Source: Paraspadella gotoi
Taxonomy: Eukaryota > Animalia > Chaetognatha
DNA: 64,000 bases
NCBI GenBank assembly: GCA_051294375.1
Contig: CM119264.1
Coordinates: 27,571,469 to 27,635,468 of the forward strand
Direction: 5' to 3'
Below are positions 36,059-51,377 of the stretch, piece after piece; the first letter of the stretch is position 1; the number at the start of each line of letters is the position of its first letter. The position numbers were made by a program, and so were the translations under genes. Below the pieces are notes generated by a model. That model was not told where the DNA came from, did no database searches, and saw only the letters and a list, made by a program, of their open reading frames with translations.

Positions 36059-39000
36059 ATGGAACCTAAATCTTTTATTTTGTCTTTTTGCGCTCAACTT
36101 TTTCTCGTCTTGATCAAACGAGATAGCAGGTAGAATTAAATGTAGTTTAAAATTAAATTCAGGGATTAGAAACAGAAATGGGGAAATTTCAGAAAATATT
36201 GCCAAAGATAAACTGAGGATCGACGTCTGTAGAAATTGAGTTTTCACTCTTTTTCATTTTCCAGGATCTCGGCTCTAGAATTTTCTAACGAAGTTAAAGC
36301 GGCTGGTCCTTCCGGCCCATGGCTCAATTCCATCTATGGCGCCTTTGACTTTAAATGTCCTCAAGGTTCTGTCATCACCGGAATGAGATCCATCTATCAC
36401 AAACGACAACGGGACAGACAGTGGCCAAGTGGGCCTTTTCTCGGTGAAGTTGAAAAGTAATTTTTTAAAAATTGAAAAAAATAAAAAAAGAAAATAATAA
36501 AGAAAATTAAGTAACCTTTATTGTTTGAATCATCAATTCCAGTAGTCCACAAAGGTGTCCCCAATAAAAAAATTGCCACAATACCCCACGGAGACCATGA
36601 TAGCATACAAATATCCAACAGTAACTATTAATTAAGTTCACGAGTTCGTTTGTACAAACTACTGTGGAATGTCAGTTGGAGAGTAGCGGATGGTATTAAA
36701 AAAAAATGTTAACAACTTTAATTGATTATGATATTTGGTTTAAGCGAATATCGTTGGTAAAATTAGGTAAAGTGCTAAAATTTACTTGACTTCCTATAAA
36801 ATCGAACAAGTATTGGTTATACGTTTGTACACAAGCTGGAAGTTTTACGAAAGCCCACTTATCGTAACCGGTATACCAGAGAGAGCTCTGAGTCTAAACG
36901 AGATTCAAAATATATAATAACCTTATATCTATGTAATGAATTCGCAAGTAAGGTACCTTTCTATCAAAGTGCCAATCAAATTGACTCTCACGTTCGGATA
37001 ACAAATTAATCCTGAGTACTCTCATGCGAGCACCAAGCGGTGGAAAGTCCTGCAAAGAAAGTCAAGATGAGACAAACCATTCACGCCCAGACTCGAGAGA
37101 GAGACCAAAAGAGGAGCGGAAAACAGACATGATCCGGGCGAAGTGAGTTTACTTGAGAGGCCAATTGGGAGTGAGGGTCGAGAGACCTAGCTATCACCCC
37201 CGCAAAATGGGAGCCATCCTGCGCATTCTTATAAATCAAATTTACTTGCCCTGGGGGTTTCTTTTTTCTGGACTTATTTATTTTTTTCGTCAAGCCGCTT
37301 CTCTCTCTTTCTTTTCTTTTTTTTTTTTTTCACGTTTTTTTTTTCTTTCTTGACTGGTGTTAAATCTTTCTCGTCTTTCTTTCTCCTTTCATTTTTTTCT
37401 TTTCTTTCTTTATTTTTTTTTCTTTCTTTCTTGATTGGGGTTTTATCTTTCTCTGCTTTAAATTTTCGCTTTCACCTTTTTTCTTTTCCTTTCTTTCTTT
37501 CTTTTCTTTCTTTTTTTCTTTTCTTCCTCCTTTCTTCTCTTTCTTTCTTTCTTTCTTGTCTTTCTTTCTTTCTGTTCTTTCATCTTTTTTCTATCGTCTT
37601 CTCTTTCTTTTATTTTTCTCCTTCTTCATTAATAACTTCCGTTTCTTCTCCTCAGCTTTGCCAATCTTAATTTACACCCTCTTCTCCAAAAAAAAAAAAA
37701 GGTTTCTCTTCGATCCGTGCCGCTTCAACACTCGCGAACAAAGTAGCAGAAGTGAGATTCGATCATTCTCCATCCTCCCTCCTTCTCCTCCTCATCTTCG
37801 CCTCTTCCCCCTCCTGGTTTTTCCACCCTTACCCCCTCTCTAAACTATCCGTTCTTCTCCATCGTCGTAGTCACTCTAATCATTAGTGAGTGAGAACGAC
37901 GAGGGACTCGCTATTCGACCAGAATACACGGGCGAAAGGCCGCCACTGTTATGTCACCGACGCGCTCGATCGTTAATCGTTCATCCCGCGCCACTCCCAA
38001 TCAGATCGTATCCTGCTCACTTCGTCACTGTTTCTTTTACGATCACAAAGAGAGTATTCTTGTTTGTTCTGTGAACCTGGGAGTCCTTTACTATAGCAAC
38101 AGCTAATAGCGGATTTGCCTATAACTGAGGTCCCGAATAGACTTTTTTATTTTTAAATTTTTAATAAATATTATCTTGAATGAATTTTTAATTTAAAATT
38201 ATCTTTTTATATTCAGTATATAAAAAAACTATAGTTTTTCCCCCAGATTCATTTTTATTAATTTTTTTTTTTAAAATTATTTTTATAAAATAAATAATAG
38301 TTGCGGTGTATTTCATCAAACTGCCTTCGTGTCCATCCATTAGGCATCAGAAGGGGAATCACAACAGCTTAGGCACCATCCCAAGCGTTATGTTCCTCCC
38401 GAGTCGCTAACGACTTCCATCTGCGTGGCAAAACGAGACCGCACGTGAACTGGAAGCAAGGTTCAGGAGGGGTTGGCAATCCCCCCAATAGGCCAAAGTG
38501 GAGAATACCGGAGAGGCCCATCCAATATAGCATTACGATCGAGGTAACACGGCTGTTTCCTATAGCTATACAGATCGTTATTTTTGTTGGTTTATTATTT
38601 ATAATTTATTTTTTAAATATAACAGGGAGTTCCGACACTCACATTTGGCACAGAGGATGGACAAGATCAGAAAACAGACGCAACGAACAGCCCTGGGCTT
38701 TTAGTTGTCCGGTGAAGTTGGCTAGCATCGCGAGGCGTGAAGGTGGATCAGAGTCCCAGCTATCCTTTTTTCCTTTTTTTTTTTTTCCCTTTTTTTTTTT
38801 TTTTTTTTTGTTCCCTTTTTTTTTTTTTTTTCTCTTCCTTTCCCTTTTTTTCTTTTCCTCCCTACTTGTAGCTTCGTCCTCTCATTTAGATACTTATGTC
38901 CATGTTCTGTAAGTTTACCTATTTTCTGTTAATGACTGGTCCTGACNNNNNNNNNNNNNNNNNNNNNNNNNGGCGACTTTTCAAATTCACTTGTCTGAAG

Positions 39001-41444
39001 GTCAAACGAAGAAACGTCATTTCTTGTCATCATTTAGAGACGCGGGGATGGGTGAGTCATTATTATTTGTCAGTTACATTAATGAGTGTGTCATCAGTTG
39101 AGAGACGAGCAACAATTTTAATTCTTAAACTTATGAACCGAGAATTAAAACACCTTTTAATATTAACGTAAATAAAATAAAATCCTATAATATCCTTTAG
39201 GCCTAAAATTAGTTTGAAATTTTATAAAATTTTGTTGTAAAAGTAGAGGAGTACGTTTAAGTATCGTAGTTTAATACTTTTCACTCGACGCTCAATTTCG
39301 CCGACGACGAATTCCACTTTTGCCACGCGACGATCCCCGTCACCACCCCGCTCACGAAATGCATCGACGCCGACAACGCGAAGGCGGCGTAAATACCGAA
39401 ACCATCGACGACAACGCCGGCGATCGGCGGTACCGCCAACATGCCGATTCCCATGAAGATGGCCACGAAGCCCAGAGCATCCGTGTAGCCTTCTCGACCG
39501 GTGAGATCCTGCAGAACCAATAGCCTGAAGGTGATGGTGAGGCCGTCGAGAATTCCCCTGAAGATGGCGTAGACGGCGAATTCAGCGTAAGACGCCGCGA
39601 AGATGACGCCGACGTCGACGGCGACGCTCAGAAACATGGCGCCAGCAGCGACGGCGACGCGGCGACGCCGCAGCAAAGGCAGATCCATGGTGAAGGCAAC
39701 GAGCAGACGGCCGACGGCGCTGCCTCCGTTGGTGATCGAAGATAACGTCGACGCCGTGATTTCATCGACGCCGTGAATCTGCGAAAAACTCGGTAAAAAG
39801 TTCATTTGAACCCAAACTGCGGGGAATTGAAGGAGCTGTGCGAAGAGGAAGAGCACGATGGGCGGGCGAAGGAAAGGGGAGCGAAGAAGGTGGAGCAGCT
39901 GGACGGGAAGTTGGAGCAGGAAGTCGAGACATCGTCGACTGGTGAAGCTCTTTTCGCTGGCGGGAGGTGGAGACTCTTCGGTTCGTTGAGATCTACGCAA
40001 TGGTCGATGCAACATGCCGCCGAAACAAAGATTCAGTACAAATGCCGCGATCAGCAACAGCGCACCTTGAAGGCCGTACTCATCCAGAGCCAGAGCGACG
40101 AGAGGCGGTACCGCAAATCCCCCCAGTCCAGCGCCTAAGACCGCGAGCCCAGTGGCCAAGGCGCGGCGTCGTTCGAAGTACTGACCCAGCAAAGAGAAGG
40201 AAGGTAGACCGCAGAGGGCGCCTGCAAAGCCGACGAATAGACCGATGGAGATTCTGGAGAAGAAGTAGGAATTTTAAAATGTTTTAAATTAAATTAAATT
40301 TGAAAAATAGATGGTGGACTAATCCAAAGGTCCGGGGTTCTAGCCCGGTGGTCGCCTAGCAGTTCAGAGGGACGGGGCGCTTAACCCGCCTGTCACACGG
40401 TGTTACAGCCTGATCCGAAGCTCAGGGACTGCTTATATTGAACGGTTTTGTCACTAACATATAACAATAATTACTGTCTCTTCAAATAAAACTCTAATTT
40501 TACTTTCGGAGATTGGAACCGACCGAAAAATATTCTAGCAATTTTTTTTAAATGTGAGTTCCAGGTTCACAACCCTTAGGGTCGCGCTGGTTAAATGTGA
40601 CGGTGTCGGCATAAACAAACCTGACCTGATCCCAGTGATGGTCGGAGAGAAGGCGGCGATCAAGTATCCACCGCCCGCGCAAATTCCGCCAACTACGATA
40701 ACTTGACGCTCAGAAAATCCGCATCGTAACAACCACGACGCCAACGGGGAAAGAAAGAAATGGACGCTCAACATGGTGGACATGATCGTCGCCAGTTCGG
40801 CGCTGGACGCGTCGGGAAACTCGGACCGTAATCCGATGTAAAGTACGCCGGCGGCGTAACCCACGCCCAAAAATGTAAAGTGGAAGATGGCGCAACCGAA
40901 GACGACGGCCCAGCCCCATCCACCGTCGGGTGGTGGAGGTAGAGTTGGGTTGGTTTCCGTGGAAGGACGCGCGGCGGATTTTTCCGCAACTTCATCCTTG
41001 AACTTCGAGTCAATGTCTTTCTCGTTGTGGACGACATGTTCCGGCGGAACTGCAGCGGAAGTGTCCCCGTTGCTCGGCGGTGACGTGAATGTTGTTTTCG
41101 GCGGATCGGCGCAGTGATTTTTGAGAGAACTGATCGAAGACGCGTCGCGTTTTTCGAGATTTTTAAAGTTTTCGTTTTGTAACGAATTTGATTCTTTATT
41201 TTCCGATGGAATCGAATTGTTTGATTCGTTGGAATCATTTTCCCGCGAAATTTGGGCCGCCTTAGATTCAGTGAAGACCATTTTCTAGGTAGAATCGACT
41301 CCGGATTTTCTAGTTTTTAATTTTAAGTTGTTCAAGTTGAGAATGACAAAAATAAGTTTAACTTTTGATTAATGTGACATGAGTGTGAAGAGTTTGAAGA
41401 TTTTTTATCAGTCTTATACGTTTGGGTTGAAAATTTGTGAGTAA

Positions 41445-41543
<99 letters not shown>

Positions 41544-42314
41544 ATGATAAATGTTTCCGATTCTCGTTATCACTTCTTCTTGTTCTCGTTAAACTTCTCT
41601 CCAAAGAGAGAAATTATAAAGCCAGAAAAAACAGAGTAATTCGATGTTTTGAAAAGAGGTTATTTCCGATTCTGCTAATATGTACATTTTAACATACTTT
41701 TTTAAAAAATTTAATGTCTTGAAGGGTCGGTTCTTTTAGGTCGAGTAGATGTGTCCAGTAAATCAACTTTTCATATTCGATTCAACTAGTTAAACAAGTT
41801 TTTGGTCTTCATTTTACCTACAATTACTAATATTAAGTCTAAGAAACGAGTTGTTTCTTAGTGTCAGTCGAAATACTAGGTGTCTGAAGAGTTTTTTATT
41901 AATTTTTGTATAAGTTAATATTCTTGAAAAGATCCAATTTAGAGTTTATTTTAATTATTTCAACGATGTAACGAAGGAATGTTTACTTATTGTCAAAAAA
42001 ACATGTAATAATAATAATATTAATAATAATAATAATAATGGGACAATAATAATGAAACGAGATTACGGGGAAAAAAGCAGTTAGTTAACCACACAATAAA
42101 TGGTCCCTGAGAATTCGATGTTTATTTCTTGAAGGTAAGTTGATGACTTGAAGGTAAGTTGAAGTCTGATGACTTTCCCTCTCTCGTATCCTTTCCGTCG
42201 GTTTCTCGAGGGACGACTCCTCTCTGATTGATCAAGAGAGAAGCCAGGAGAGGCAAGCTTACCGTTGATCAAAACTGTTAAATCTAGATAGGTCCATTTT
42301 CCTTCTCACTGTGT

Positions 42315-42361
<47 letters not shown>

Positions 42362-44315
42362 TTAATCATTAATTCTATAAACTTCTTTTGTTGATTTTTT
42401 GAAGAAAAATTATTACAAAAAAAAAATATTTACATTGACTATATAAAGGTTAAGCAATGTTAACCGAAATATATGTGTTAACCTCAAAAAAAGATGTTAT
42501 ACTTCAACATTATGTCTTCATATCACATATACGATGACTCTAAAGCAATACGATATAGAGCCGACAACATTTTTCAATAGAAAGAACGATTGAAATATCA
42601 ATTATTTATAAATATTCCATTCATTTCATACAATTCTTCCCATTTAACCAAGTTGCGCAAACAGACGAAGTTCGAAGGAAATTTTGAGCTAAATTTCCAA
42701 AAGAAAGATGGTTTCTTGTTGAGTGGATTTAAAGGCTCATTTCGTCAAAACAGCAACGATCACTACTGGGAAATGAGATTCACCAAATGGCAAGGATGCA
42801 CTTGTGAAAAGGGATTCACAGGTGATTCCAACCACCAAAAGTTTTTAATTGGCATTTACAAAAAAATATATTTTTATTTACTCAATTATTATTTAGCCTT
42901 TGATATTTTTTAAATTCCCCCACCATTAAGGGGAGGCCTGCGAAATTCACTGCAAAAATTATCCGTGCAAGATCGAAGAGACTTTGACGAAACCAAATGC
43001 TGAGTTTTCATTTTATTGTCCGCCGAATCACGTGATCAGTCGGATGGTCACCGTCCTCGACAAAGACGGAGGCCTCAAGTGGGGGTTTTTAGGTGAGTGA
43101 GAGAAGAGAGAGAGAAGGGAAAACAAAGACAGAGGAAGAAAGAGAGAGAAAAAAAGAAACTAAAATCAGAATATTAAAAAGAAAATAAAAAAATAAAGTA
43201 AGGAAGAAGAATAAAAAGAAGAATGGAATAAGAAAAAAAAAAGACAAAAGAAAAAAGAAAAAACAGAAGAAAACGAGGAGAGATCAAAAGAACAATAGAA
43301 GAAGAAATGAAACAAGGGAAGAACGATAAAGAATAAGAGAAGAAGTAGAAAGAAAGAAGAGACTGGAAAAGTAGAGGGAGTAAAAAGAAACATAGAAAAA
43401 AGAAGGTGAAAAACAAAAATAAAGAAAAAAAGAAGGGAAGACAAAAGAAGAGAAAGAATAGAAACAACAAAAGAAAATAAAAGAGAAAAAAAGGATATAA
43501 AAAAAAAAAAAAAAAAAACCAGATATGAACGAAGGAAAAGAAAGAAAGGAAATAATAAAAAAGAAAAAAAGAAAAAAAAGAAAAGAGAATAAACGGAGTG
43601 AGGAAAAAATGATAGAAAAAAAGGAAAAAAAAAAATAGGAAGAAGAAATAAGAATTAAGGAAAGAAAGAGATAAAATAAAAAGAAAAGAAGATAATAAGA
43701 AAAAAAGAGAAGAAAAAAAATGAGAAACGAAAAAGGAAAAGAAAGAAGAAATAAAAAGAGAGAGAAGAAGGAGAAAAAAAAAAGCGAGGAAAATAGAAAG
43801 AGAGCGAGAGAAGAACACGAAAGAAAGAATGAGGAAGAAAAAAAAAGTAGAACAAAGACAAGATGGAATGAGTAGAAAAAAAAAACAAGAAGGGAGAATA
43901 AAAAAGAAATAAGATGAGAAGAAAACTGAAAAAACTATAACATACAAAAAAGAGAGTAAAAACGGAACAGAAAAAGTAAAAAGAAACAACGAACAAAAAA
44001 AAAAAAAAGAAAAAATATATAATAAAAAAAAAAAAAAAAAAAAAAAGAGAAAGTATAGTATAAAAAAGAAGAAAAAGAGACAAGAAGAAAACAAAAACAA
44101 AAAAAAAAAAAAAAAGAACAAAAAGAAATAAAAGAAGAAAAAAAAGAAAAAAGAAAAAAGAAAGAAGAATAAAAGAAAAAAAAATAAGGAAGAGAAAAAA
44201 AAAGGAAAAGAAAAGAAAGAAAAAGAAAAAAAAAAAAGAAACAGACGAGAAGATAGAAAAGAAGAAGAAAAGAAAAGAAGAAAGGAAAGAGAGGGAAAAA
44301 AAGTATAAAAAAGAG

Positions 44316-44368
<53 letters not shown>

Positions 44369-47300
44369 TTCAGGGGGAGGTAGGGAGGCATAAAAGAAAA
44401 GGCAAGAGAAAGAACAAAGAGCTGAATTGAAAAAAAACAGAAAAAACAGAAAAAAATTTAAAAAGTGCTTAGAACCGCAATGACAAACACACAGACAGAC
44501 AAACACAAACTGAGAAAAAACAACAGTAACAACGATAAAAAGAACAACATAAAACATTATTCACTTCCAGTTTAACTACAACAACAATAAACAAAACAAC
44601 AACAACAACATCACTCCCCCCCACAATCTCAGTGTCGTTTCTCTCCTCTTTTGGTTCGCGATGTCAACTGCGAAACTTTCTGGTTCCTCTATCGATTCAC
44701 AAAAAACACAATTAAACTTCGTTTGTCCAAAATCAGGATTGTTGTCCGGATTCGAGTACAACAAATGGTGAATAACATGATTGTGACTGATTAAAGGTTC
44801 ACATCATTTCTTCTCACTGCATCGCGATCATTTGTCCTTTTTTTTGTCAAAGGATGGACCGCTTGTCAAATTCCTTCGGTCTGGTCTGTTGTCCAGGTCG
44901 GTCCTGCACGGAACGGGAGAGAATGCCACACAGACTCCGTGACGAGAGTAAAATGAGTGAAACGACATTAAATATCAATGAATATTGTTCAAAAAATGTT
45001 AATGAAACTTCAAATAATGTTATTTATGAGAAAAAGACTTTAAAAATGAAATAATTATAAAGGTTCAATTTAATTTATATTCGATTAGAAAAAATGACTT
45101 TCACACGTTCACATTTCCACAGGGTCCGATTCTCAACGAAGACGCCGGCCCCTTAACTTCACGCTGACCCAAAATATCTTGGAATCGGAGGTCAGGCTTT
45201 TCTTTGGATTTTTTAAATAATAATATTTTATTTATTCGCTAAAAAAAATCAAAAATTGAGCTACTATGAAACCTGGTCGTGGTGGCAGAAATGTCCGTCC
45301 AATTATTCCCGACTTCACAACCGTCGAACTTGGCGTCCGTCCTTTCCCAACGTCACTTGGATTGTCGGGACGACACCGAGGACAGTTGAGCGGGGAACGG
45401 GACAGATGGAATAAAATGTCAGATGTCAAATGCCAGATGTCATAAGTCAAATGTCCGATATTTAAAATGTCAGCCCACATAAAAATTTCCAAATATTTCA
45501 TTGAAATAATTTTCGTTGTTGACCATAATTAATAATGGTTGATAAATCGACCTGTCGCTTCATAATATTACGTGAATATTCGATGAAATTGATACAACCA
45601 ATTATAATATATATCGAACGTTCAAATATTAAAATAAAAACATTCAACTGATATTTTATATTCCCAGTGTCCAAGTGGAGTTTCGTCAGACTCAAGGGTC
45701 AGGATTTGTACCTCGACGTCACGAAAAATGGCGCAGGGGAATCGATTGTGACGCTGAGGCTGCGAAACGGATCAGACTCGCAACTGTGGGCGGTGGAGGA
45801 CGGATTTCTCAGAAATCGGTGAGAGGAAAGGAAATGGAGGTAAAAATGAAGAGATTATATGCAATAGTGCTTAAAAGTCAACCTTCTGCATCTAAAATCG
45901 TTAACCAAAATTAAATTGAGCAAGAAATGCCTCATTTCAGTGAAGGATATTATCTGGACATCGGAGAAAGACAAACATTAATCGCTAACAAACAGTCCGG
46001 CTCTCCATCGCAAAAATGGAAGTAAGTCTACATTTTTTTTTATTATAATATAAAGAACATTGTCAACTTACAATAAAGATCACCCTTTGATTTTTCCGGA
46101 TCAATTCATTTAGTTAATTTCATTATTCATCCCACATTTTAAAATTCTGTATCACCGCCACGCCTTTATCTTCACCGGTTTTTAAAACCCGAATTCCATA
46201 GCACAGAAACGGCCTTCGTTCATCCTTTGGAATTTCCCAGAAATGCTCTTCGTTCGGTTTCGTGAAATTCGTGTCGATCGTGAGTAAAATTTCCCAAGAT
46301 TCGCAATCGTGTGACTGTGAGGCGATGAAATGGAATTTTCTCGGCGATTCTTTGGGATCGAAGATGATCCTCGAGGAAAAGGCGAATTTTCGAACTTGGA
46401 TCGAACGAGAAAACTTGTACCAAACGGACTGAGGCATCTTCTCTCCCGATTCGCTCGCCCAGAGACAGTTTCCCAGAATCTCCTTCGTAAAAGCTTTGAG
46501 CGCGTTACACTTTTCGCTGTAGATCGAAGTCGCGCCCGCTTGTCCGTCTTTGTACTCGACGGGCGTCGACCAATCGGGCAGACTCTCCCACATTTGAAAA
46601 TTCTGTACGACGGTGACTCCCTCGGCTTGACTCGTTTTTAAAACTCGAATTCCGTAGCAGAAGAAATGATTTCTATTTTCGATGGGCACGAACCAAGAAC
46701 GTTCCTCGTTCTGTTTAGCGAAAGAAGTTGAAACTTTGAGCAAGACTTTCCATGATTTGCAATCGTCGGAGGCAACGAATTCGAACTCAGTCGGTGATTC
46801 GAGCCAATTGTGAATGATTCGCGAAGAAAAAGCGAATTTGCCAATTTGTACGGAACGTGAAAATCGGTACCAAACCGTTTGCGGCATCGGTTGACCAACT
46901 TGGCTCGCCCAAAGACACGTGCCTGGTTTTTCTTGGGAAAAAGCTTTGATGGCATTGCAAGTTTGGCTGTAAATCGAGGAAGCGCCGGCGTGACCTCGAG
47001 AGAATTCCATCAGACCCAATCTTTCGCAGGTTTCAGGACCTGAAAGTGTTATATGACATGAAATTGGTACAACCAATATAAAAAATATATATTCATTTAA
47101 TAAATAAGCTATCTTGCCCCTGACTTTGGAAAGGCTATGCTGGTTAAAGGCATTAACACAGCAGGGCCCTGCAAGCTTTTAGCCACATAATACATATCAT
47201 TCTACCTCCAAATTGTTTACCTGATGGTTCAAGTGGCAGCTTTTCTCAAGAAAAGATATAACGTATTTTCCCGATGTCTTTAAATTTTTTTTCCCGTATG

Positions 47301-47841
47301 ACTCTCGACTGGAAAAGAAATGACGAAATATCATTGATTAAAAGGTTAGCTAAAAGATTAAAATAAATCACGTTAATTACGTATGTTTAATCAATTGATG
47401 GAAAGTAGTGTTGCCAAATGTTATATTTCCAAAGTGAATATTTAATGTGCCTCTCGATGTCAAAAGATTGATATCGACTCTGATAGTGGATTTAAATATT
47501 ACTTCTTAAGTCTAAGATGCTCTTTTGTTTATAAAACAACCAAACCAACGAACGAACCTTTTCCCCCGCGATTTCTAAGAGTCCTGTGTCGGATATTCCG
47601 CTGCCGACGCCAACCGCGTAGACGGTGGCGCCGCTCGACGTCCAAAGCTCAGATTGCTCTTTTGTTTTTTGCCTCTGCGCCCTCGTGCTCGGCTCGCCGT
47701 CGGTAAAGACGAGGCAAATCTGTGGAGGAGAGAGAGATAGAGATACGGAGATAGAGAGAGATAGAGATACGGAAGATAAGAGGATAGAGATACGGAAGAG
47801 AAGAGAGAGATAGAGATACGGAGAGAGAGAGAGATAGAGAT

Positions 47842-47935
<94 letters not shown>

Positions 47936-50900
47936 ACCGCGACACGACCTTGACAGTCTCGTTGTCATTTCTAGTCTCATTCTCAAACGTCGTCAACGCC
48001 CTCTCCATGGCGTCACCGGTGAAGGTGGCGCCCGCCTCGTAGGTCGTCCGCAGCAGCCGTCGCTGCAGCGCCGCTTTCGTCGAGAATCTGTCGGTGGGCG
48101 TGACAATCTTTCATTTATTTTATAATAAAAAAATAGAAAGAAACAGACAGAGACACTAACTTACACTAAGACTTACAGACAAACAAAGATACTGAGAAAC
48201 AGACAGAAAGACTCGCTGATAAAAAGACAGACGAAAAGACTTAAGATCGACAAGCGTGCAAACTGATGGACCTTACTCGTCCAATCGAAATTCTTCCTTC
48301 ATAATGCTCGGCGATGAATATTTGAAGAGGGCGACTCTGGTCGCGTCCACGCCGATATCCAGTTGACTCACCAGGGAATTGGCGATACTCTAAAGATCAA
48401 GATTTGATTGATGGAATTGTATAATATATATTGTCTTGATTTATTGATATATTTATTAATTCATGTATTAGTTTACTCATTTCTTATTACTTGATTTATT
48501 TTCACTCTTTAAGTTGATTGGTTGAATGAATGATTTGTGGATTGATTGATTGGTTAAGTGAATTTTCTCTGCCTTCACCTTCATCATTTGACGGAAGTGT
48601 TTTTCCCCCACAGTCCCGGAAGAATCCACAATGAGTTGCAGATCCATTTTTGGGAAATGGCGCAGCCCGGCTTCGCCTCTGCTGCTGATGTTGGCGTAGC
48701 CGGCGCGCTTCCGCCGCTGGAATGATGATTTTAGCAACGAAAAACTGACTGGAAGTGATTTTAGAAAAAAATATTTGTTTATTTCAATTAAAAGCAACGA
48801 AAAGTAGGACAAACTTGAAGCGTCGCTGAGCGAGGAATTTCTAATTTTTTTACTCGAAAAAATCAAAAACATTGTTTATTTTTTAATGTTCAGAAGATAA
48901 AAAAAAAAACAACCAACATTAAAAAAAAATTTTTTCTTACCATTTCGACAAGCAAAATCGCGACGAGTAGAAGAAAATCCATTTTAAGAAAAAACATTAA
49001 AGGACTGAATTCCTTTTATACCTTTTTTTCCCCCATTTCGATTTCTGCAAACAATTAAGTTGAGGTTAAACAATTAAGTTGACCCAAAACGATCGATCTT
49101 CAAACATTAAGACATTTCCAAAGTTGTATAATAAAGACAAGCGATGACTAGAAAGTTGTCAATCGGTCTGTTTCCTTTGTCATTTTTGGAGCCGGGTCGG
49201 CGAATAAAGAATAAAAAATCGTCTTTTGTTAAATTGTTGTCATTTTGCTCATTTTCGATGATCGAAAAGAAAAAACACCAATCGTTTTCTGTCAGTTAAT
49301 GTTTAATGTTAATGTTTAATCATCGTTACTTTACAAACCGATTTCACATGACTCACTAATAGATATATTTCGTATAACTTTTAAAAACTGTTATATTTAT
49401 AATTTTTCCTTCCGAAAAATGTAAATTTTGATTCATTTCATTTGAGAAATTTATTCTTGTTCGTTTCATTCCAATTGAAAATCTCTTTCTCAATGAAATT
49501 CCAAAAATAAAGTAAGACCACAATTTTCAACCCATCAACGCAATGACTCCAACTTTTTTATTTTCAAGACTTTCACGCAACAGGAAAAAAACTTTCAAAT
49601 TGAATTTGCAATAAAAAAAAAATCTCAATGTAACGCGTAAGCATACTAAGCAATGATATTTTTCTGTGTCTTTTGTTCTTTTGTTCTTTTCGTATCATTT
49701 GTTGCAGCACCTCCAACGGCAGAAAGCGAACAGCGCGCACAAGATGATCACGTAATAGAGGCCTACGAGAGCGGCGCAGTTTTCCGAGCATTCGTAGTCG
49801 AAGGCAAAGTAGGCGGGGCCGATAAAGATGGCGGCGCAGATGAAGAGAAAGAGGAAAGTGACGAGGTAAGGGAAATCGTGAAAGATGAGTTGAATGAGCA
49901 ACGTGACCATTAACCAGACGAACATCAGCACCGCCACCGTCTGCCCAGCGCTAGATCCTCTCGCCTCGCCTCTCAGCAGCTTTCCCCATCCGTAGCGATG
50001 TCTTCCGGCCGGAAATCCTTCCACGCAGACGAAGTCGTGAAACATACTCGCGGCCGTACCGCGCGGATCGCCGGGAAGGATCAGCTGCTCCAGAAGAGTC
50101 TGGACAGTCCAGCACCCGATCGGTCCCGAGAACATGAAGAGCCGGCCCAACCCGAAACGGTTCTTCAGCGAAGTGGGATCGAAAGGCTCGTAGATCATGA
50201 CCTGACCCAGCTGCAGCGCCGTCACCGACACGTAGTAATCGGCGCTGCAGTGTCGAGAATGCAGAGCGCGGAGCCAATAGAAGGTCAGACTGGAGAAAAG
50301 CTTGATCGGGACCCAAACGCAGAAGAGAGCGTTGAAGACGTAGTTGGTCGAATGAAAGAATCGACCTCGATGACGAACGACGCTCATGTGGACGGCCATC
50401 GTCACGAGGCTGGCGGCGAGGATTCGACGAGACGGAACCGCTTCCTCTCGAGCTACCAGCGCCGTCTGAAGGAGGAGTTGGGGAACGAAGTCCGTCGCGC
50501 ATCGGAAGTAGAGTAGAAAATCGAGGAGGCGTGGCAGGACGTAAGACGGCGGCAGTTGGCGAGAGGCGAGAGTGCCCTCGGTGGCGTCGTCGTCGTCGTC
50601 GTCGTCGTCATCGTCGGCGGTGGCGCGGTAAACTTCGCCCTTGGACGCTTGCGGGTCATAGGAAAAAGATGGTTGAGTGAGAGGTGGATTACATTTTAAC
50701 TACATCATTTAATGTCTAACGTCTTCACATTATTAAAATCATAAAAATAACAAATCTTTTGATTGTGCTTGACTTGAAAGTCATTCGTCCAACGAGGAAC
50801 GACCTCACTCTCAAGGCTGTCTTCGTGGCAGACAACAATGCCTCGAGAGGCTGCAGCCAGAATGTTGTTTAAAAAGGGTGGGGAATGATAGAGGAAGATA

Positions 50901-51318
50901 GGAAGAGAAGGGGAGAAGGGAGGGGTAAGGGGGAAAGGGAAGGAAGAGGGGGCAGGGGACCAGGTCGACTGGGCCTGGCCCACTCTTTTGATTGCGCCAT
51001 CCATACAACCACATCGAACTGACCTTTCTGTCCGGAATTTTCCCGCCAAAGTATGATCATTTTTCCCTGATCTTTGCCCTTTTTGTCATTTTTCTCCTTG
51101 TCCTCCTTGTCCTGCTTGTCCTCCTTGTCCTGCTTGTCCTGCTTGTCCTGCTTGTCCTTCTTGTCCTTCTCAACCTCTTTTCGATCGCCCGATTCTTCTC
51201 CTCGTGAGTTGGAATCGAATTCGAAGTAACTTCCTCTCTCAATCTCTCGAAAGTCTGAGAAAAGATGCAACTGAGGCGACTTACCACCGCTCTCTCTCTT
51301 CTCTCTCTCTCTCTTCTC

Positions 51319-51377
<59 letters not shown>

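Noticed and set aside
38340-38520. HDV-like ribozyme suggested by ttcctcccg and GC-rich hairpins
   Set aside because: Could not form P1, P2 and P3 pairings; left as unexplained, probably TE-derived sequence.
43174-44557. 405-aa and 300-aa poly-Phe ORFs resembling membrane proteins
   Set aside because: Reverse translation of an intronic A/G low-complexity tract.
49951-50516. Alternative-frame and antisense ORFs over the XK-like gene (similar ones over the MCT and 52377-52869)
   Set aside because: Shadow ORFs of GC-rich coding exons.
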